Part shown: one piece after another, positions 11,901 through 24,000 of the stretch
Numbering within the stretch: the stretch's first letter is position 1
How the letters are laid out: the number at the start of each line of letters is the position of its first letter
From: a virus
Lineage: Duplodnaviria; Caudoviricetes
IMG/VR virus record: IMGVR_UViG_3300030372_001743
Location: 1-35,644 of that record
Reading direction: 5' to 3' (one strand)
DNA length: 35,644 nt
Notes under the pieces: generated by a model
Seen by the model: only the letters and a program-made list of their open reading frames with translations
What the model was told of the DNA's origin: nothing
Database searches by the model: none
Translations under genes and position numbers: made by a program

Positions 11901-13498
11901 GTTTTTTCATAAACAGTTAATCCCAATCCAGCAGTAACTGATCCCTGTAGGAATGCTTTTGCACCACTTCTCTTTCCTTCAATAATAGCAGGAACTGACT
12001 GTGTTATTGGATTATTTAATTTTAATTCAGTAAATGTTTGTACATCAAATAAAGCAAGTTCCCATTCATCTAAATTTGAATTATTTGAACTGTAATTCTG
12101 TGATTCTAATCTAAAATCATAAACTCTAGCATATCCAATCTCATTTCCTGCAGCATTTTCTTGATTAGATCCTTGTCTTTCATTTCTAAGACTTAGAACA
12201 TATGTACTACCAATACCTACAGTAGGAGTTCTATAAACACTATTCAGTTTATAAGTTGGACCAGTATTATAAATTATTGACTGATTCTCTATTAGTTTTG
12301 TATCTCTTGTTTTAGGACAATCAATAAATGTTGGATTTAATGTTTCAATTTCATATCCTTTTACATATGCCTTTCCTGGAGAGATTTTATATACAGCTAA
12401 GTCTGAGGAAGGAGTTCCTCCATTAGGTGTAAATTGTCCAGCTTGAAAAATACCTCTATTTCCAATATTATCGTTTAAAGAATTAAAAACAGTAATATCA
12501 AATGGTTTTATATCATAATTACCACTTTCATCAAAAGTTCTTCTTGCTAATGTATCTGTTAAATCTAATGAACCTGAACCTCCACCACCAGCTATTATTA
12601 ATCCATTACCACTACCTGATGAAGCACTTCTAGCAGTTCTTAAAACACCATCATTGACAGTTCCTAGTTCCACAAAACTAGTATCATCAAAATCATCTAC
12701 AGATTTTTTGAAAAGACTTAATGAAATTTTTAATCTATCAGCACCTGGTGCAGCATAATTATTATATCCCTGAGAATTGTCATTCAAACTCTCATCAATA
12801 TCAGCATTAATTATTTCTTCATTAACAAACAAACCAATTCTATAGCTAGGTACTGTTCCATATTGATCAAGAATAAGAGTCTCTTGTTGAACTCCTACAA
12901 ATTGACCATGAACAAAATACACACCTTCCTGAATTTGGAAAGAAGATCCTGTTATAGCAGCACTATTACTTATAGTGACACCAAAAGGAGCACCTGGAGC
13001 AATAGTTGTATTACCTAATAATCCAGATGAAATAGTAGTATTACAAGTTAATTCTTCTCCATCAAAAAATTCTTGACTAGAATTATTAGTTGTACTTGAA
13101 TTTAAATAATTAATATAAACAGTAAGTTGACCACGTTCAGACTCTTCAGGTAATATAAGATTATCAACAATAGCACTAACTCCAGATCTTTGTCCTGTAA
13201 TTTTTGTACCAATCAGTTGATCAGCATATGCAGATACAGGAACACCCTGGTAATTATTTTGTATTTGAATACCATAATAAATTTGATTATATCCAGTATT
13301 TCCAGGAATTACTTTAGCACCTTCTTTAAAAAAGTGCTGACCAAACTTTTCAATTTGGTTTTGTAGTATAGATTGAAGAGTCGTTAATTCTCTTGCCTGA
13401 ACAGGAAACCCTGGTTTAAATAAGACACGATAAAAATCATCTGATGAATCATAATCATCAAAATATGGTGCTACATTTAAATTTGTCTGCTGTGGCAT
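5906..13498 (-). CDS. Large virion structural protein, VrlC-like (DUF4815-type)
   Basis: N-terminus NLNVAPYFDD...RVLFKPGFPVQARELTTLQSILQNQ, plus LARRTFDESGNY, RFKSGFFVDNF, DPLAQSF, GSLFKSQNASTW and terminal PRIKDLRVMALA. Follows gp8 as in cyanomyoviruses. Confidence 0.85.
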   Translation of the reverse strand: MPQQTNLNVAPYFDDYDSSDDFYRVLFKPGFPVQARELTTLQSILQNQIEKFGQHFFKEGAKVIPGNTGYNQIYYGIQIQNNYQGVPVSAYADQLIGTKITGQRSGVSAIVDNLILPEESERGQLTVYINYLNSSTTNNSSQEFFDGEELTCNTTISSGLLGNTTIAPGAPFGVTISNSAAITGSSFQIQEGVYFVHGQFVGVQQETLILDQYGTVPSYRIGLFVNEEIINADIDESLNDNSQGYNNYAAPGADRLKISLSLFKKSVDDFDDTSFVELGTVNDGVLRTARSASSGSGNGLIIAGGGGSGSLDLTDTLARRTFDESGNYDIKPFDITVFNSLNDNIGNRGIFQAGQFTPNGGTPSSDLAVYKISPGKAYVKGYEIETLNPTFIDCPKTRDTKLIENQSIIYNTGPTYKLNSVYRTPTVGIGSTYVLSLRNERQGSNQENAAGNEIGYARVYDFRLESQNYSSNNSNLDEWELALFDVQTFTELKLNNPITQSVPAIIEGKRSGAKAFLQGSVTAGLGLTVYEKTGNFIKNEQLIINGVNNGRIAVGITQYSVSDVKSVYGTDDGLVGINTFNANVVPSVLFPVGVATVGMVTHSNNQSIIKSANPNFPGITTVGNLIQYTDLEFSEDPITARVVSVGSSHVYVTGVTTVTGIVDGTLPKTSVKSVSDLRVMTTLLDPSSDNTLFTPLPKKNISNVDLTSASIVIRKTFSVSISNGQLNTPLPTVGSNETFQPFTPKRYSLIGADGTTYDLTADQFDFGTGNTCQIRGLSTPSQSNNGATLIATIKKSKPLAKQKINNKVKSIVINYSRDQGSGIGATTLNDGLTYGNYPYGTRVQDDVISVNVPDLIQIHGVFESADTSNPSAPKVTLSSIVTQSTTTNELIIGEHMVGQDSEAVAIVAEKLTNNQISFVYKNNLEFKEGETVTFQESSAQAVVSTLDAISFDISPNYNFFDGGEVTFYDYGTIKRKADADTPKRKLKIYYQSGSFDSNDTGDIVTVNSYDQFTYGFDIIRIANNSATDIIDIRPRVSAITSVSEGDRSPLEFLGRSFTGSGDSVPNILASDESIVIDYSFFLPRIDRIFLSKTGNFQIKFGEPSEDPKKPVPVDDAIEIASVGLPPYLYNPKDATLRFLDHRRYTMSDIKKLDTRIKNLEYYTTLSLLETNTANLFVPDNDGLNRFKSGFFVDNFTSFQTQEENVIINNSIDRKRKELRPRHYTNAVDCMPGPVVGVDAADDLQFATLEGVNVRKSSDCITLDYGEVEWLKQNFATRSESVTPFLISFWQGTMELTPASDTWVDTARLEAKIIQTEGNYAATMDNLVRNEGVDPQTGLGPVLWNSWETTWTGIETRDFEAGTRVETTENTFGRGGWINGDWGNNPAAWVQQTETVTIREWQRETTRSGTAARTGTQTVVTETFDEQSVGDRVVSRDLVPFMRSRNVEFVAKKVKPLTQLFAFFDGQNVTKYCVPKLIEISMTSGTFQVGEQCHGTVTNTGLGGRTRDNVPQIRFRVAQSNHKEGPYNVPTKTFRDNPYTNQTLSSSYSSTSNLLNVDTFSLSNEVEGSYHGYIEQGMVIHGHTSGARATVTGVKLISDVSAFCAGSFFIPNPNNINFPRFETGTKVFTLTNDAENDADKASTLTDETFTAAGTLETVQENILSIRNARVEQRQEFQERNVEESLGTTVVGEDVLDRSTSERITGWYDPLAQSFLVEDDGGVFITKCDIFFRTKDDADVPCVFQIRSMKNGFPTQHILPFSEIILQPEDVTTSADGSVATTVTFKAPIYLEGGNTEYAIALASNSTKYSVYISRIGETDLLTDTYISNQPYLGSLFKSQNASTWEPSQWEDLKFTIYRAEFETSGSVEFYSPELGEGNNQMPTLQSNSIVIGSRRVRVGLGTTVGDSYVEGNTFSQDGTNATGNLVGAGGSATGTLSIANVGIGYTPLDGNSTFSNVNLVTVTGEGRGAVGNVYIENGVVGACTITSGGSGYQVGDVVGITTIGLSTGGSGTVGRDGRFSITGIGMTNELILDNVQGNFATGAGKTMRYTNSAGVTTELNFSHGGNVTLSSIDVESDGLHFKVNHKNHGMYSTENLVVIKDVQSDIKPTKLSLALNVGNEASFSVDDASSFTTFENVGVGTTNQGLVKIGNEVIKYNNVTGNVITIDTRGDDQVDYLVGTPVHKYELGGVSLARINKTHGLSTSTSTASSGSIGFDFYNVKIDQTSKSINGNQFDATDRSTDVGFPKLYFNQTKSCGGYDIKATQNMSFEAINPIIHNMTVTGTTIGAEIRTTSASGMGNNEIPYIDQGFESITIGETNYLTSSRAIYSKVNEDERLDNIEGNKSLQIRVSLNTTNTKLTPVLDAQRVSTILVSNRVDNVISDYATDRRVKTLLEDPTACQYLSKEIRLENPATSIKVVLAAHIHTDANVRAFYAIGDKQSFEPIFTPFPGFNNLNNRGEVINAQDSDGQSDKFVPKINQYSFIETANFSDYTFTADNLPAFRYYRIKLLLTGNSQVYVPRIKDLRVMALA

Positions 13499-13504
13499 GA
13501 TTTC

Positions 13505-15061
13505 TTAGAACTGCAATACTATTTTAATATCTTCTTTTTGGTTAACAGACCTAGTTATAGCTGGTCTATTATCAACAAAAATAATGTTACCACTATGTTT
13601 CTTAACTTCTGGATTGGAAATACCGTCCGTGAAAGTTTGACCAAGATAATATGTGATATTATTTATTACAGTAGATATACCTGTAAATCCATTATCAATT
13701 TGTAATGTAGACCCAGTTGTAGGAACAATTTCCAAATTACCACCAGTTCCAGGAGAACCAGTAAATCCATTTAAATTGTATCCATAAGTTGGATTTGTTT
13801 GTGCAGTTCCAACAGTATTAAATCCAGCAAGAGTTCTATCCTGCCAAAACTTTAATACTCCTGTTTTTTCATCATAGTTAATAACTCTTCCTTGAGCTGT
13901 TGATCCAGCAGAAATTGTTTGTGTAAAATAACTATCTGCAGCAAATGTAGCAGAACTGTAACCAGAACCAGCTAACCTTAAAGCATTTGTAGCACTTGCT
14001 TTATCTGCTGTTAATAAAGCAGTAGAATCAAATTTTTGAGGATTCTCTACTAATCCAACTCTTGCGATTTGGTTACCAGTAACAAAATCTGGGTTTTCAT
14101 TATCATTTTCAATTCTAGAATATATGAGAACATTCATTGCTCCCAATTCTCTATAAATGTCTGCACCATGACCACCTTGAGGTGGAATAATAACATCAAA
14201 GGTAGGAATAGTTGTCCCTGTTGGAACACCTCCATCATCTAAAGCTACACTACCATAAGTGTATCCAGAACCTTGCTTAGAAATTACTATAGTATCAACC
14301 TGTTGGTCGTTAGTTGTAGTAATTGTACATTCTGCCCCAGATCCATCTCCTTTAATAGGCACTTTTGTATATTCAGTACCTCCAGAAGGTCCTATGGTTT
14401 CACCACGATTTGTAATAGTAATTATCTTAATAGATCCATCTACAGCATTATCTCTGACTGCTGCATCATCCACATTTGTTTCCCAGTCCAAAGGAACGGG
14501 CATAAAATCAGTAGAATCAAATTTAATAATATCAGCAGGTTTAATTGTATAAAGATACTTCCAAATATAATTATCACCACTACTTCCAGCAGATCTTGGT
14601 TCCAAATCAGTGAAAGTTGGTTCATCTAGTGAAGGTCTTCCATTAGGGTTATCTGGATCAGTTCCATTCTGAAGACAAATATAAACCCTATAATCAGCAT
14701 TTATAACATAAAAAGTTGAGTTATATAAATTTGTTGCACCAGATACTGGAGCAGTATTAGATCTACTATAATCTCCTCTATACATGTCATAGGTAGTACC
14801 TGATGACCAAACTCTTTTAGTAACAACCTGCCTACAATCACCTGCACTAACCTTTTTCAGTGCAACCATATTATCCCAATAATCATTCTCCTCAGTGAAA
14901 TTATCTTTTGGAGAAGGGGGATCAGTATTCCAATCAGTTTGAATATCGGTAGGGTTTGGCAACCCAATGAAAGAATAATAAGCGTTGGTAGTAGAAGTAA
15001 CTCCCGCGACAAAATTCTTTGCATTCAACAATCTAATCTGATCAGTTATAATTGCAGCCAT
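13505..15061 (-). CDS. gp8: Baseplate wedge subunit
   Basis: FYVINADYRVYICL.NG, EPT, YIWKYLYTI, PQGGHGAD, terminal QKEDIKIVLQF. Order gp25-gp6-gp7-gp8. Confidence 0.9.
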   Translation of the reverse strand: MAAIITDQIRLLNAKNFVAGVTSTTNAYYSFIGLPNPTDIQTDWNTDPPSPKDNFTEENDYWDNMVALKKVSAGDCRQVVTKRVWSSGTTYDMYRGDYSRSNTAPVSGATNLYNSTFYVINADYRVYICLQNGTDPDNPNGRPSLDEPTFTDLEPRSAGSSGDNYIWKYLYTIKPADIIKFDSTDFMPVPLDWETNVDDAAVRDNAVDGSIKIITITNRGETIGPSGGTEYTKVPIKGDGSGAECTITTTNDQQVDTIVISKQGSGYTYGSVALDDGGVPTGTTIPTFDVIIPPQGGHGADIYRELGAMNVLIYSRIENDNENPDFVTGNQIARVGLVENPQKFDSTALLTADKASATNALRLAGSGYSSATFAADSYFTQTISAGSTAQGRVINYDEKTGVLKFWQDRTLAGFNTVGTAQTNPTYGYNLNGFTGSPGTGGNLEIVPTTGSTLQIDNGFTGISTVINNITYYLGQTFTDGISNPEVKKHSGNIIFVDNRPAITRSVNQKEDIKIVLQF

Positions 15062-15078
15062 TGGACAGAGATTTTTTC

Positions 15079-15096
15079 TTTATTTATTAAGGATTA
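15079..15096 (-). promoter_or_regulatory. Late promoter-like element TAATCCTTAATAAATAAA upstream of gp8
   Basis: AATAAATA core at 15081-15088. The 18-mer is identical to 30468-30485. Confidence 0.65.
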
Positions 15097-18000
15097 ACTT
15101 GGGGGTGTATAATACTGCTTATGTTTAAGAGATCTAGATCTTCTTACAACAGGAGAAGTAGTTATTCCTCCCACACCACCTAATGTATAAGCATCATAAG
15201 CATTACTTTCAGATCTTGAAGGAAGCATAATCTTACCCCAACTATATGATCCAAAGTAATTTCCAGTCTGGATTCCAACTCCACTGAAACTAGGCCATTG
15301 ACCAGTCCATGTAAAGTTATCACCAATCTTGACGAATACTCTATTCATATGAGTGGTTCCTATTCCCACTCCATCAGAAGCAATTCCAGTTGGAGATTGC
15401 ACTATCTCAAATGTATTTACTTCATAAACATTATTTACAAAGTCAGTTCCAATTCCGATAGTAGCACCATCTGCAGCCAAAGCACGAATTGATGTAGATG
15501 CAGATCCAACGTTAGAATCATTAACGATGAAATAATCACCAGTGCTAATTCCACTAATAGTAACAGCAGTGCCAGTAATATTAGAATTTCTTAAGTCGGA
15601 AGAAGCAGGAATATGTAAATCAAATACTAATTGATATCCAGTTGAAACACCAACAGTAGTGGTTCCGAATCCAACAATAACACCAGAGTCTCCTCCATAA
15701 CTACCCACAGTATTTTCTTCTTCGGCAAAATCATATACAGGTGGACTAATAAGAACAGATGGTGGGTTGGATGAAGTATAACCTGATCCAACTGCAGTAA
15801 GTGCAATACCAGTAATAGTTCCTGCAGCACTAATGACAGGAGTTCCAAATGCTCTAGTAGATGTTGTCACAACACCAACTGTATTATCCCCTATAGATGT
15901 AGATGCAAAACTTACAACAGCTGTGCTATACCCAATACCACCAGTAGAAATTGCCACAGAACTAATAGTTCCAAGACCAGATACAATAGCAGTTCCAGCA
16001 GCACCAGATCTTATTTCTTGAGAAATAAATCTTACTTTCTTTTGGAAATCAAAGTCTGTTGCTTCAGGAGAAGTATCATCAACTTCATTATAAGGATCAA
16101 AATAAGGTCTTGCATTTTCAACATATATTACTGTTGATCCAATACCTACAGATTTGATAATAGGAGAATAAGGATTAATTACAGGTTCATAAATTTCCCT
16201 ATCTTTTCCTACACCTATCTGATTAATAATCTTATCTTCAGTCTGTCTAGTCCATTTAATAGGTCTTTCTAGATTAGGATCTGCAGTATTTCCTGGTCCA
16301 TAATATGGAGGGGTAGAAACACGATCAGTAGAATCTACACTAAGTGGAACTCTAACTGATTCAGTCAACCAGAAGTCTTGAGATTCTAAATGACCTATCT
16401 CTAATTCATCACCAGGTTTAACAGTCTCTAAAACTCTTCTTTCAACAACATCTTGAGATCCAGTTCCTTTATAGAATATTATCTGTATACTATCACCTTC
16501 TTTAGGTGCTTCAGTAAATGTGATATTACTACCACCTGGGAAAGTATAACCTTCACCAGGAACTTGAGGAACATCATTAACAAATACTAATAGAAGATCT
16601 TGTTCAATAATCTTAGAACCTTTTCTACCTCTAATTGTCAATGTTTCTCCATTAAGTTCTAATGGGAAATCTTTTCTAGTTCCAGTAATAAATTTCTCAA
16701 CATTATCTACTGTTTCTAGTTCACCAACAGACCAACCAGTAAATTCATCATAGAAACATGGATCAAGAGTAAGTTGGAATTCTTTATATGTCTTAGTTGG
16801 ATCAGTTGGAATACCAGTAGGACCTCCGATAGGTAAAGTTAAAATTTCATCATTACCATAACCACTTCCTGTGTTGGTAATTGTGAAACTGATTATACTT
16901 GATCCTTGTCCAACAACAACATTAGCTATACCACCCGTTCCAACTCCTGCAGGACTATCAGAAGAATAAGTCAAAGCAATACCACTATAAGATAATGGAC
17001 TATCAACAATAACTTTAAGTGGTCTTCTTACAACACCACCTCTATTATAAAGATTAACTTGTGTGGATATTCCAGCATCAAAGGCAAAAGTGGTCGTATC
17101 TATAACACGAGTAACTGGTGTGCTATCAACAGGGAAATTAGTAGGTAATTTGATTAACTGAGCAGTACCACCAGAAGTATACTGAAGTGCCGTATTACCT
17201 GCACCAACTTGAATTACAAAACGTTTTGTGGTTAATACAGAACTAATTCTAGATCCAGTATAATATGGATCTGATGTTCTTGGATATGTAATATTGCTAC
17301 TACCCTCAGTTATTGCTAATCCTGTTAATACAATATCCTCATTAGCAACAAAACCATGATTAGCGGAAGTGGTAACAGTTGCAACACCACTAGTAGCACT
17401 ATAAACAAAATTAGTTATTGCTTTAGGACTAGAAGATAGATTTGTAAATGCAATACCAGTTATATCTGCCTCTTCACCCACCGAGAATCCATGAGCACTA
17501 GATGTAGTAACTGTAGTTAATCCACTGGAAGTATCATACCCCACATTTGATATGAATAAAGGTAGATTGAAGATATATGGATTAGTAATAGCAACCCCTG
17601 TAATATGACCATCACCAGAGATTTGTGCAGTACCAATTCCTATTACACTCACACCTGGTAGGGTAGACGTTTGAATAGCAACATTAACGGTAGTTTGAAC
17701 ACCCACTCTATAACCAGAACCAGTATTAGCAATACTTACAGAAGTAATAGTTCCTGCAGTAGAAACAACTGCTGTTCCACCTGCTGCTACTAGTGGTTGA
17801 TAACCAAATCCCTCAGTAGAAGCAACGGAAACAATCGCACCACCTAATGGAAGTGTTCCTACATTAGGATCTCCAGAAACAGAACTACCTGTGCCAGTAA
17901 AGGTAATGGTAGTAATACCAGTTGTTGTTTGAGCTAAAGTATAATTGTTTAATGGACCAGGAGTTTGGAATACATCATTAACAAGAATGATTGCATTATC

Positions 18001-21000
18001 TGTAGTTAATCCTGAAACGTTTGATGCACTTGATTTAAGAGTAAAGTTTGCTTTTTGTCCAGTAAACTGATCAGAAAGACTATCAAACACATAGTTTCTA
18101 TAATAGGTTTCTTCTGAAGTATCTGGAACACCAGATCTCATAAACATTCTTCCCTCAAAACTAGATCCAGTTGAAATACCAACCCAATCTCTTTCATCAG
18201 GTCTATTTGTAGTAGTACTTAAAGGAACATTACCACTTGGAGCAGCAACAAAGTTTATTGTATTGTTAACAACATTATAGTTACCAACAACTTTAGTAAC
18301 TACAGTAGCAGTGCTATATCCAGCAAGTGCTGTACCCATCCAAGGTCTTCTAACCTGTATCCTATTAGTCAAACCTATACCAACACCATCTACTCGCATA
18401 ATCTCATCACCAATCTTAATTAAATCTCCACCAAATATGGAAGTGATTCCTGCAAGATTAATAAACTCATCTGTAGTAACAACTGATGAAGTTAAATGTG
18501 ATGTAACTGCTGTAGAAACTATTGGAGACTGAATTATGTTATCAATAGAGACTAATAACTTAGAATTCTGATTAATAGAATTAAATCTATGCGAAGTTCC
18601 TATTCCAACACTAGTAATATCAACTACTTCTGGAACAGTCTTCAGTGCCTTCTCAGCAGTCTCTGCAATCTTAATTGAGTCATCGTCAACCTTAACTGCA
18701 AAGAATGTTCCAGGAAGTTTATTAGTTGTGCCAACTCCAACAAATCCATTAGTGGTAGCAATACCAACTGCCATTGTCTTACCAGCACCAGCATGATTGT
18801 ATGTAAGTTGCTCTCCAGTAACAAAGAAGTGGTTTGGTAGAATAATAGTATCATCATCTGCTTTAACAATAGAACTATCTTCACCAACAAATGGTTTCTC
18901 AAATATAGTATCTGATCTATGCTTTAATTCAAATTCTCTCTTAACAGCACGGTCAGTTCCTTCATAATCACCAAATCCAGATTCTATTGCACCATTATCA
19001 AAATCAATTGTATCTTTAAGATCATCACTAATTCTTAATACATTACTAAACACGTTAGTATGAACATCAAGACCTGCATTTGGTGTAAAGACTATAGACA
19101 TAGTTCCAGCAGCTGAAACTCTACTTCCTATCGTTCCTAATCCAGCATTACCAGAATAAACATTACCATATTCGACATCATAACTTTCTTGAGTTTCATC
19201 TGTAACAAAATCATTAATACAAAGGAACTCAGACATTTGATATGCCTTATTAGTGCAATCAGTAACCTGAACAAAGCAATAAGCACCTTGATAGTCAGTA
19301 GGATATTCTGCTATAACATTTTCTATTGGAGATGTTGTAGATCCAATACCAGTGCATCTAGATTCAAGAAGAGCATGTTTTAATTCTACTGTTGATATTC
19401 CACTATATTCAGAAGATGCCATTCCGACCAACATCGTGTTAATAGCACCAGTTGTACCAATACCAACACCTGAATTCGGGAAGAAATCAATTTTTATTAA
19501 ATCATTTTCAATATATCCACGATAAGTTCCCATACCAGTACGAGTGGCATATCCTTCAGTTATGTTGGTTGATAATCGACCATATTCCATTATGTCAACA
19601 GTTGTTCCATCATGAATAATATTAAATTGATTATATTCAAATTCTTCACGATTAATATCAGGATTAATTGATACCATTACATGAGCAGATCTATATGTGC
19701 TTGCTATTCCTACAATTGTTGTAGTTCCAATACCAACACCAATAGCAACACTCTCAGTATCGACAATAGATGGTCCAACCACTGTGCTACCAGTGCTTAG
19801 TGCATTATCATCCAAATTGAATGAAAGACTAGCAATAAAGTAATCATTAACAGAGAATTTTACTGGGAACCATCTCAATTCTCCTAAACTACCAGAAATT
19901 GCAAAATCAAAATCACCTTGATCAACAACAGTATCAATTTTTCCATATTGATTAAGATATCCAAAATTATTATCATGAACAATATCAACAATAGTTAATT
20001 GTCTTTGAGCAGTGAATCTCTTATCTCTTACATAAAGGAAATACTTTAATGCTCTTCTTTCTGCTAAAGTCCAAGAAGCAACTGTTGTAAATCTAGTAGA
20101 TCTTGGATTACTATTAAATGTTCCACTAAAGTCATCAATAGAAACTACTCTATTACCAATAGATTCTTGGAAATCTTGTAAAATTCTACTTGAGAAAGTT
20201 ATTTCAGTGGAAACAGTATCATTATTAATCCTTAATACATTTTCTGAAGCAAGATCAAAATCTTCAACAGTATGCATATTAACAGTTGACTGCAACTCAT
20301 TAACAACGGTATAAGCAGATAATTCAGTTGATAAACCAACGACTAAGGAGTCTTTTTGATCAGGTGTTGATTCTAATTGATAATCACCAAACTTTTTAAA
20401 TCCAATAGTATGATTTAAAGTAGAAACTGGATCATCCCAAACCTCAAAGTCAACTCTAGAACTTAATGAATATGATAAGTTTTGATAATAGTCACTATCT
20501 TGGAATCTTTGTAGAGTTCTATTAAAGAATCCTGATTCTGTCTCCCAACCACCCTCTACTCTAGCAGTTGCTGCTAATTTAAGATATGCATCAAATGATT
20601 TAATAGATGTAGCAGTTCCTTGAGCTCCAGAAGCACCACCAACTATAATATCATTAACTACAAAATCTTTTTGTGCAGATATTCTTAAAATACCAGTGCT
20701 TGCTTCCCAATATTGAACTTCACCTGTTGTGCTACTCAAAGTTCCTGTAACAGTTTCACCAGGAACATAATCATTTGATTTTGTAAGTTTAACATCAAAT
20801 TGTGGGAAGTATTTCTGTGGAACTACTCTTCCTGCTGAGTTAACAAAGTCATATGTGCCTGGTGTTAATTCAGGTGCTAAATCTCCAAAGAAATCTGTAA
20901 GGTTATAAGTAATACTTCCAATACCACCTAAATTGGGATCAACCTCAGTTAAATTGAAAAGTTTATAATCATATTCTGAAGAGTTATACCCTCTTGCTGT

Positions 21001-24000
21001 TGTTCCTATACCTACACTAATACCCTCAACATAAACTAAGTCTCCAACTTCAAATGGGAAGCTATTTGCAGTGCTAAATCCAGTTGCAAGAGTAACAGTT
21101 ACATTCTTACTGACTGTGTTAAATCCAACAGTGCTAATACCAACTCCATTAGAGTTTTTAAGAGGTATAACAGTAGGTGGTGCATCATGAATACCAAAAG
21201 TATTCTTAAGAATCTCTACATTTGGATTACCTAATGTATATCTCAAATCAAGATCAAAAACTGGTTTATTAGTAAACCCATCAATAACTAAAAGTTCGGG
21301 TGCAGAAATATAACCCACACCAAATGAGGTTATACCAACAGATTCAACAGATTTAAGAGCATCTAATTCTATAACTTGTGGCAATGAAGCACTTGGCATC
21401 AAAGTTGGATCAGATGGGAAATTGTATCCAACATCCTTAAGTCTTACAGTTTTAATTTTACCAATAGAAGTACTAACACCAGAAATAATTGCATTAGTTC
21501 CTTCAGCACTATTAATTGTCGTAATTCCTGGAAGAGAATAGTAATTTTTACCAGGATTCTTTATTTCAAATGATGTTATTTCACCAAATGCATTACTACT
21601 GCTAGTTTCATAACTTAAATCTGATAAAGAACCATAGGATGTCTTTTCAGGAATTTGTGGTAAAGTATATGTAAATTGATTTGTTGCTGCTATAGTAATT
21701 CTTTGCTGACCATTATATAAACTTTCTAAAATAGTTACCTGACTTCCAGAAATAACACCTTTATCAATACTTACTTCTTTTTTAACATCAGGAAGATTAC
21801 TATCGTAAATAGGATCTAATTTATAGAACAATTCAGTAGGAATTTCTTTTGTTACTGTTAAAGTAACATTAGCATCTGTTGTTATACCAGCAGCTCCATT
21901 TCTTACAACATTAAAGTCTTTTGTTAAAGTTGAAGTGTCCCAAATTTTAGTGAAATTTTCATCCTTATAGAAGGTAAGATTAAATGCAGAATAATTTGTT
22001 GCCTGATTTACATATGATAAAGATGTGTCAGAAACATCGAAAACAGCACTACAATCTTTGTATAATTTTATCTGTGGATTTACTGGATTGATAGTTCCTA
22101 CAGAGGTACTAGTAATTCCAACAATAGGTGGTTTTTCCTCAATTGAATCATGATATGTATCTGATAATTTAAATTTATTATCATCAACTTTAACAATGTA
22201 ATAACATTGTTGATTAACTAAACCACCACAAGGAATTTCAGAGGTATGAATAATTTTATCACCTGTTTTATATCCATGATTAGATATTGTTAAAGCATTG
22301 GTTGTAGTGTTTACTCCTGCTGCTGTAAATGATTTTGGATTAATTACTACCTTTCTATTATAATCATTATACTTAACAACAATAGTCGTAGAAATTCCAG
22401 GACTAACATTCATATCAACAATATCATTGTTTAATAGTCCATGAGTTTCTCCAGTAGAAACAGTTGCTTTAACTCTATTAATTTCACCTGTAATTACATC
22501 ATAATTAGTTTTAAGACTATGGTATACTCCAGTTCCTATTCCTGCAAAGAAGAACGTTGTAGAGTCTCTCTGTGTGCTTGCAATGCCCACAAAAGTTCCT
22601 GTAGTACCCAAACCTACCTTACATGTGGATAGTCCAATTATATTTGAATTAACAACTGCAACAAATAAATCCTTCCCATCTGGTAATGTTGTTATTCCAG
22701 AAGCAGTTCCTGCTTTCCCATCTTCTCTAATAGTAATACCTGTTCCATTTCCTGGAGCATATGTTACTTTATCACCAGTTTTTAATTCATGGTTTGGAAT
22801 ATACATCTGCTTGGAATAAACAAACAGTTGAGTTATTCCAATACCAGGATTAGAAAATACAAGAGTACTACCAATTCCCACTCCACCTAAAGTAGATACA
22901 CCAACTGCCTCTTTTGGTTCAAAATAAATCTGTTTATTAACTCTATATTCATAAGTAGAGGTAAATCCAGTATTAACAGTTAATTTTCTAGGATGTTCTA
23001 AAATTTCTGCAGTTACTGTATGTGAAACTCCAGTAACACCATTCACCCCTCTCAATACTCTAATTCTTGATTTTCCTGATTCTACATTTAATACTTTTAC
23101 AGTTTCTGTTCCAATTCCAAGAATGTCATTAGATCTAATAGTAGGGAATCTTAAATCACCTAAAACATCAAAATGAGTAACTATACCAGTTGCACCATCA
23201 GTTCCTATAGCAACTGCTGTAGTTCCTACTCCCGCTACAAATAATCTATTAGAACTAATACCAATATTATAAGTTCCTTCAATATTTGAAGATGTTGTTG
23301 ATAATCCAGTTACATTGATAAGATCATTATTAATCCACTGAATAGGTTCATCTGCTATGACTGTATATTGACCTTTTTGAGGACCAGGATAAATCTCAAC
23401 ACCCGTTATACTACTAGTAGCAATACTTACAGATTCAATTGATTTACCTTTAAGTTTTGAAACTTGAGCAGCAACTCCACCACCTCTAGTACCTTCATTA
23501 TTGAATACTACTCTATTACCTATTCTATAATTTCTTCCACCTGTTATAATACCAACACTTTCAATAGCTCCTGGTTGAGTTCCTTTTATGTCTATTGTTT
23601 GCAATAAACTATCTGGAATAGGTATGTAAGGATACCTGGTATCACCTTCTATTAGATTATATGGTGTAGTATTTCTATACCAATTATCCTCTTCTAAAAG
23701 ATAATCATCTTGATTAGAATATTGTGTGAAGTTAAATGGATCAGGTGTTGATTGGTAATTATCACCTAAAAGATATGGGAATGCTGGTAATTTGTAACTA
23801 TTAAATTGACCACCTTGTTCTGCACCAGAATTGCTAAGAGTAGCAAAATAAGCATAAACCCCATTAGGGAATTGTGGTGTTATACAGAATCTTCCATTAT
23901 TCTCATCCAAGATAGTTTCATCTGTTTTTTCTTTGAAAGTGTAATCTTCAACAAAGAATCCTGGTCCATAAACTGTTAAAGGTGGTCTATTTTCTTTAAG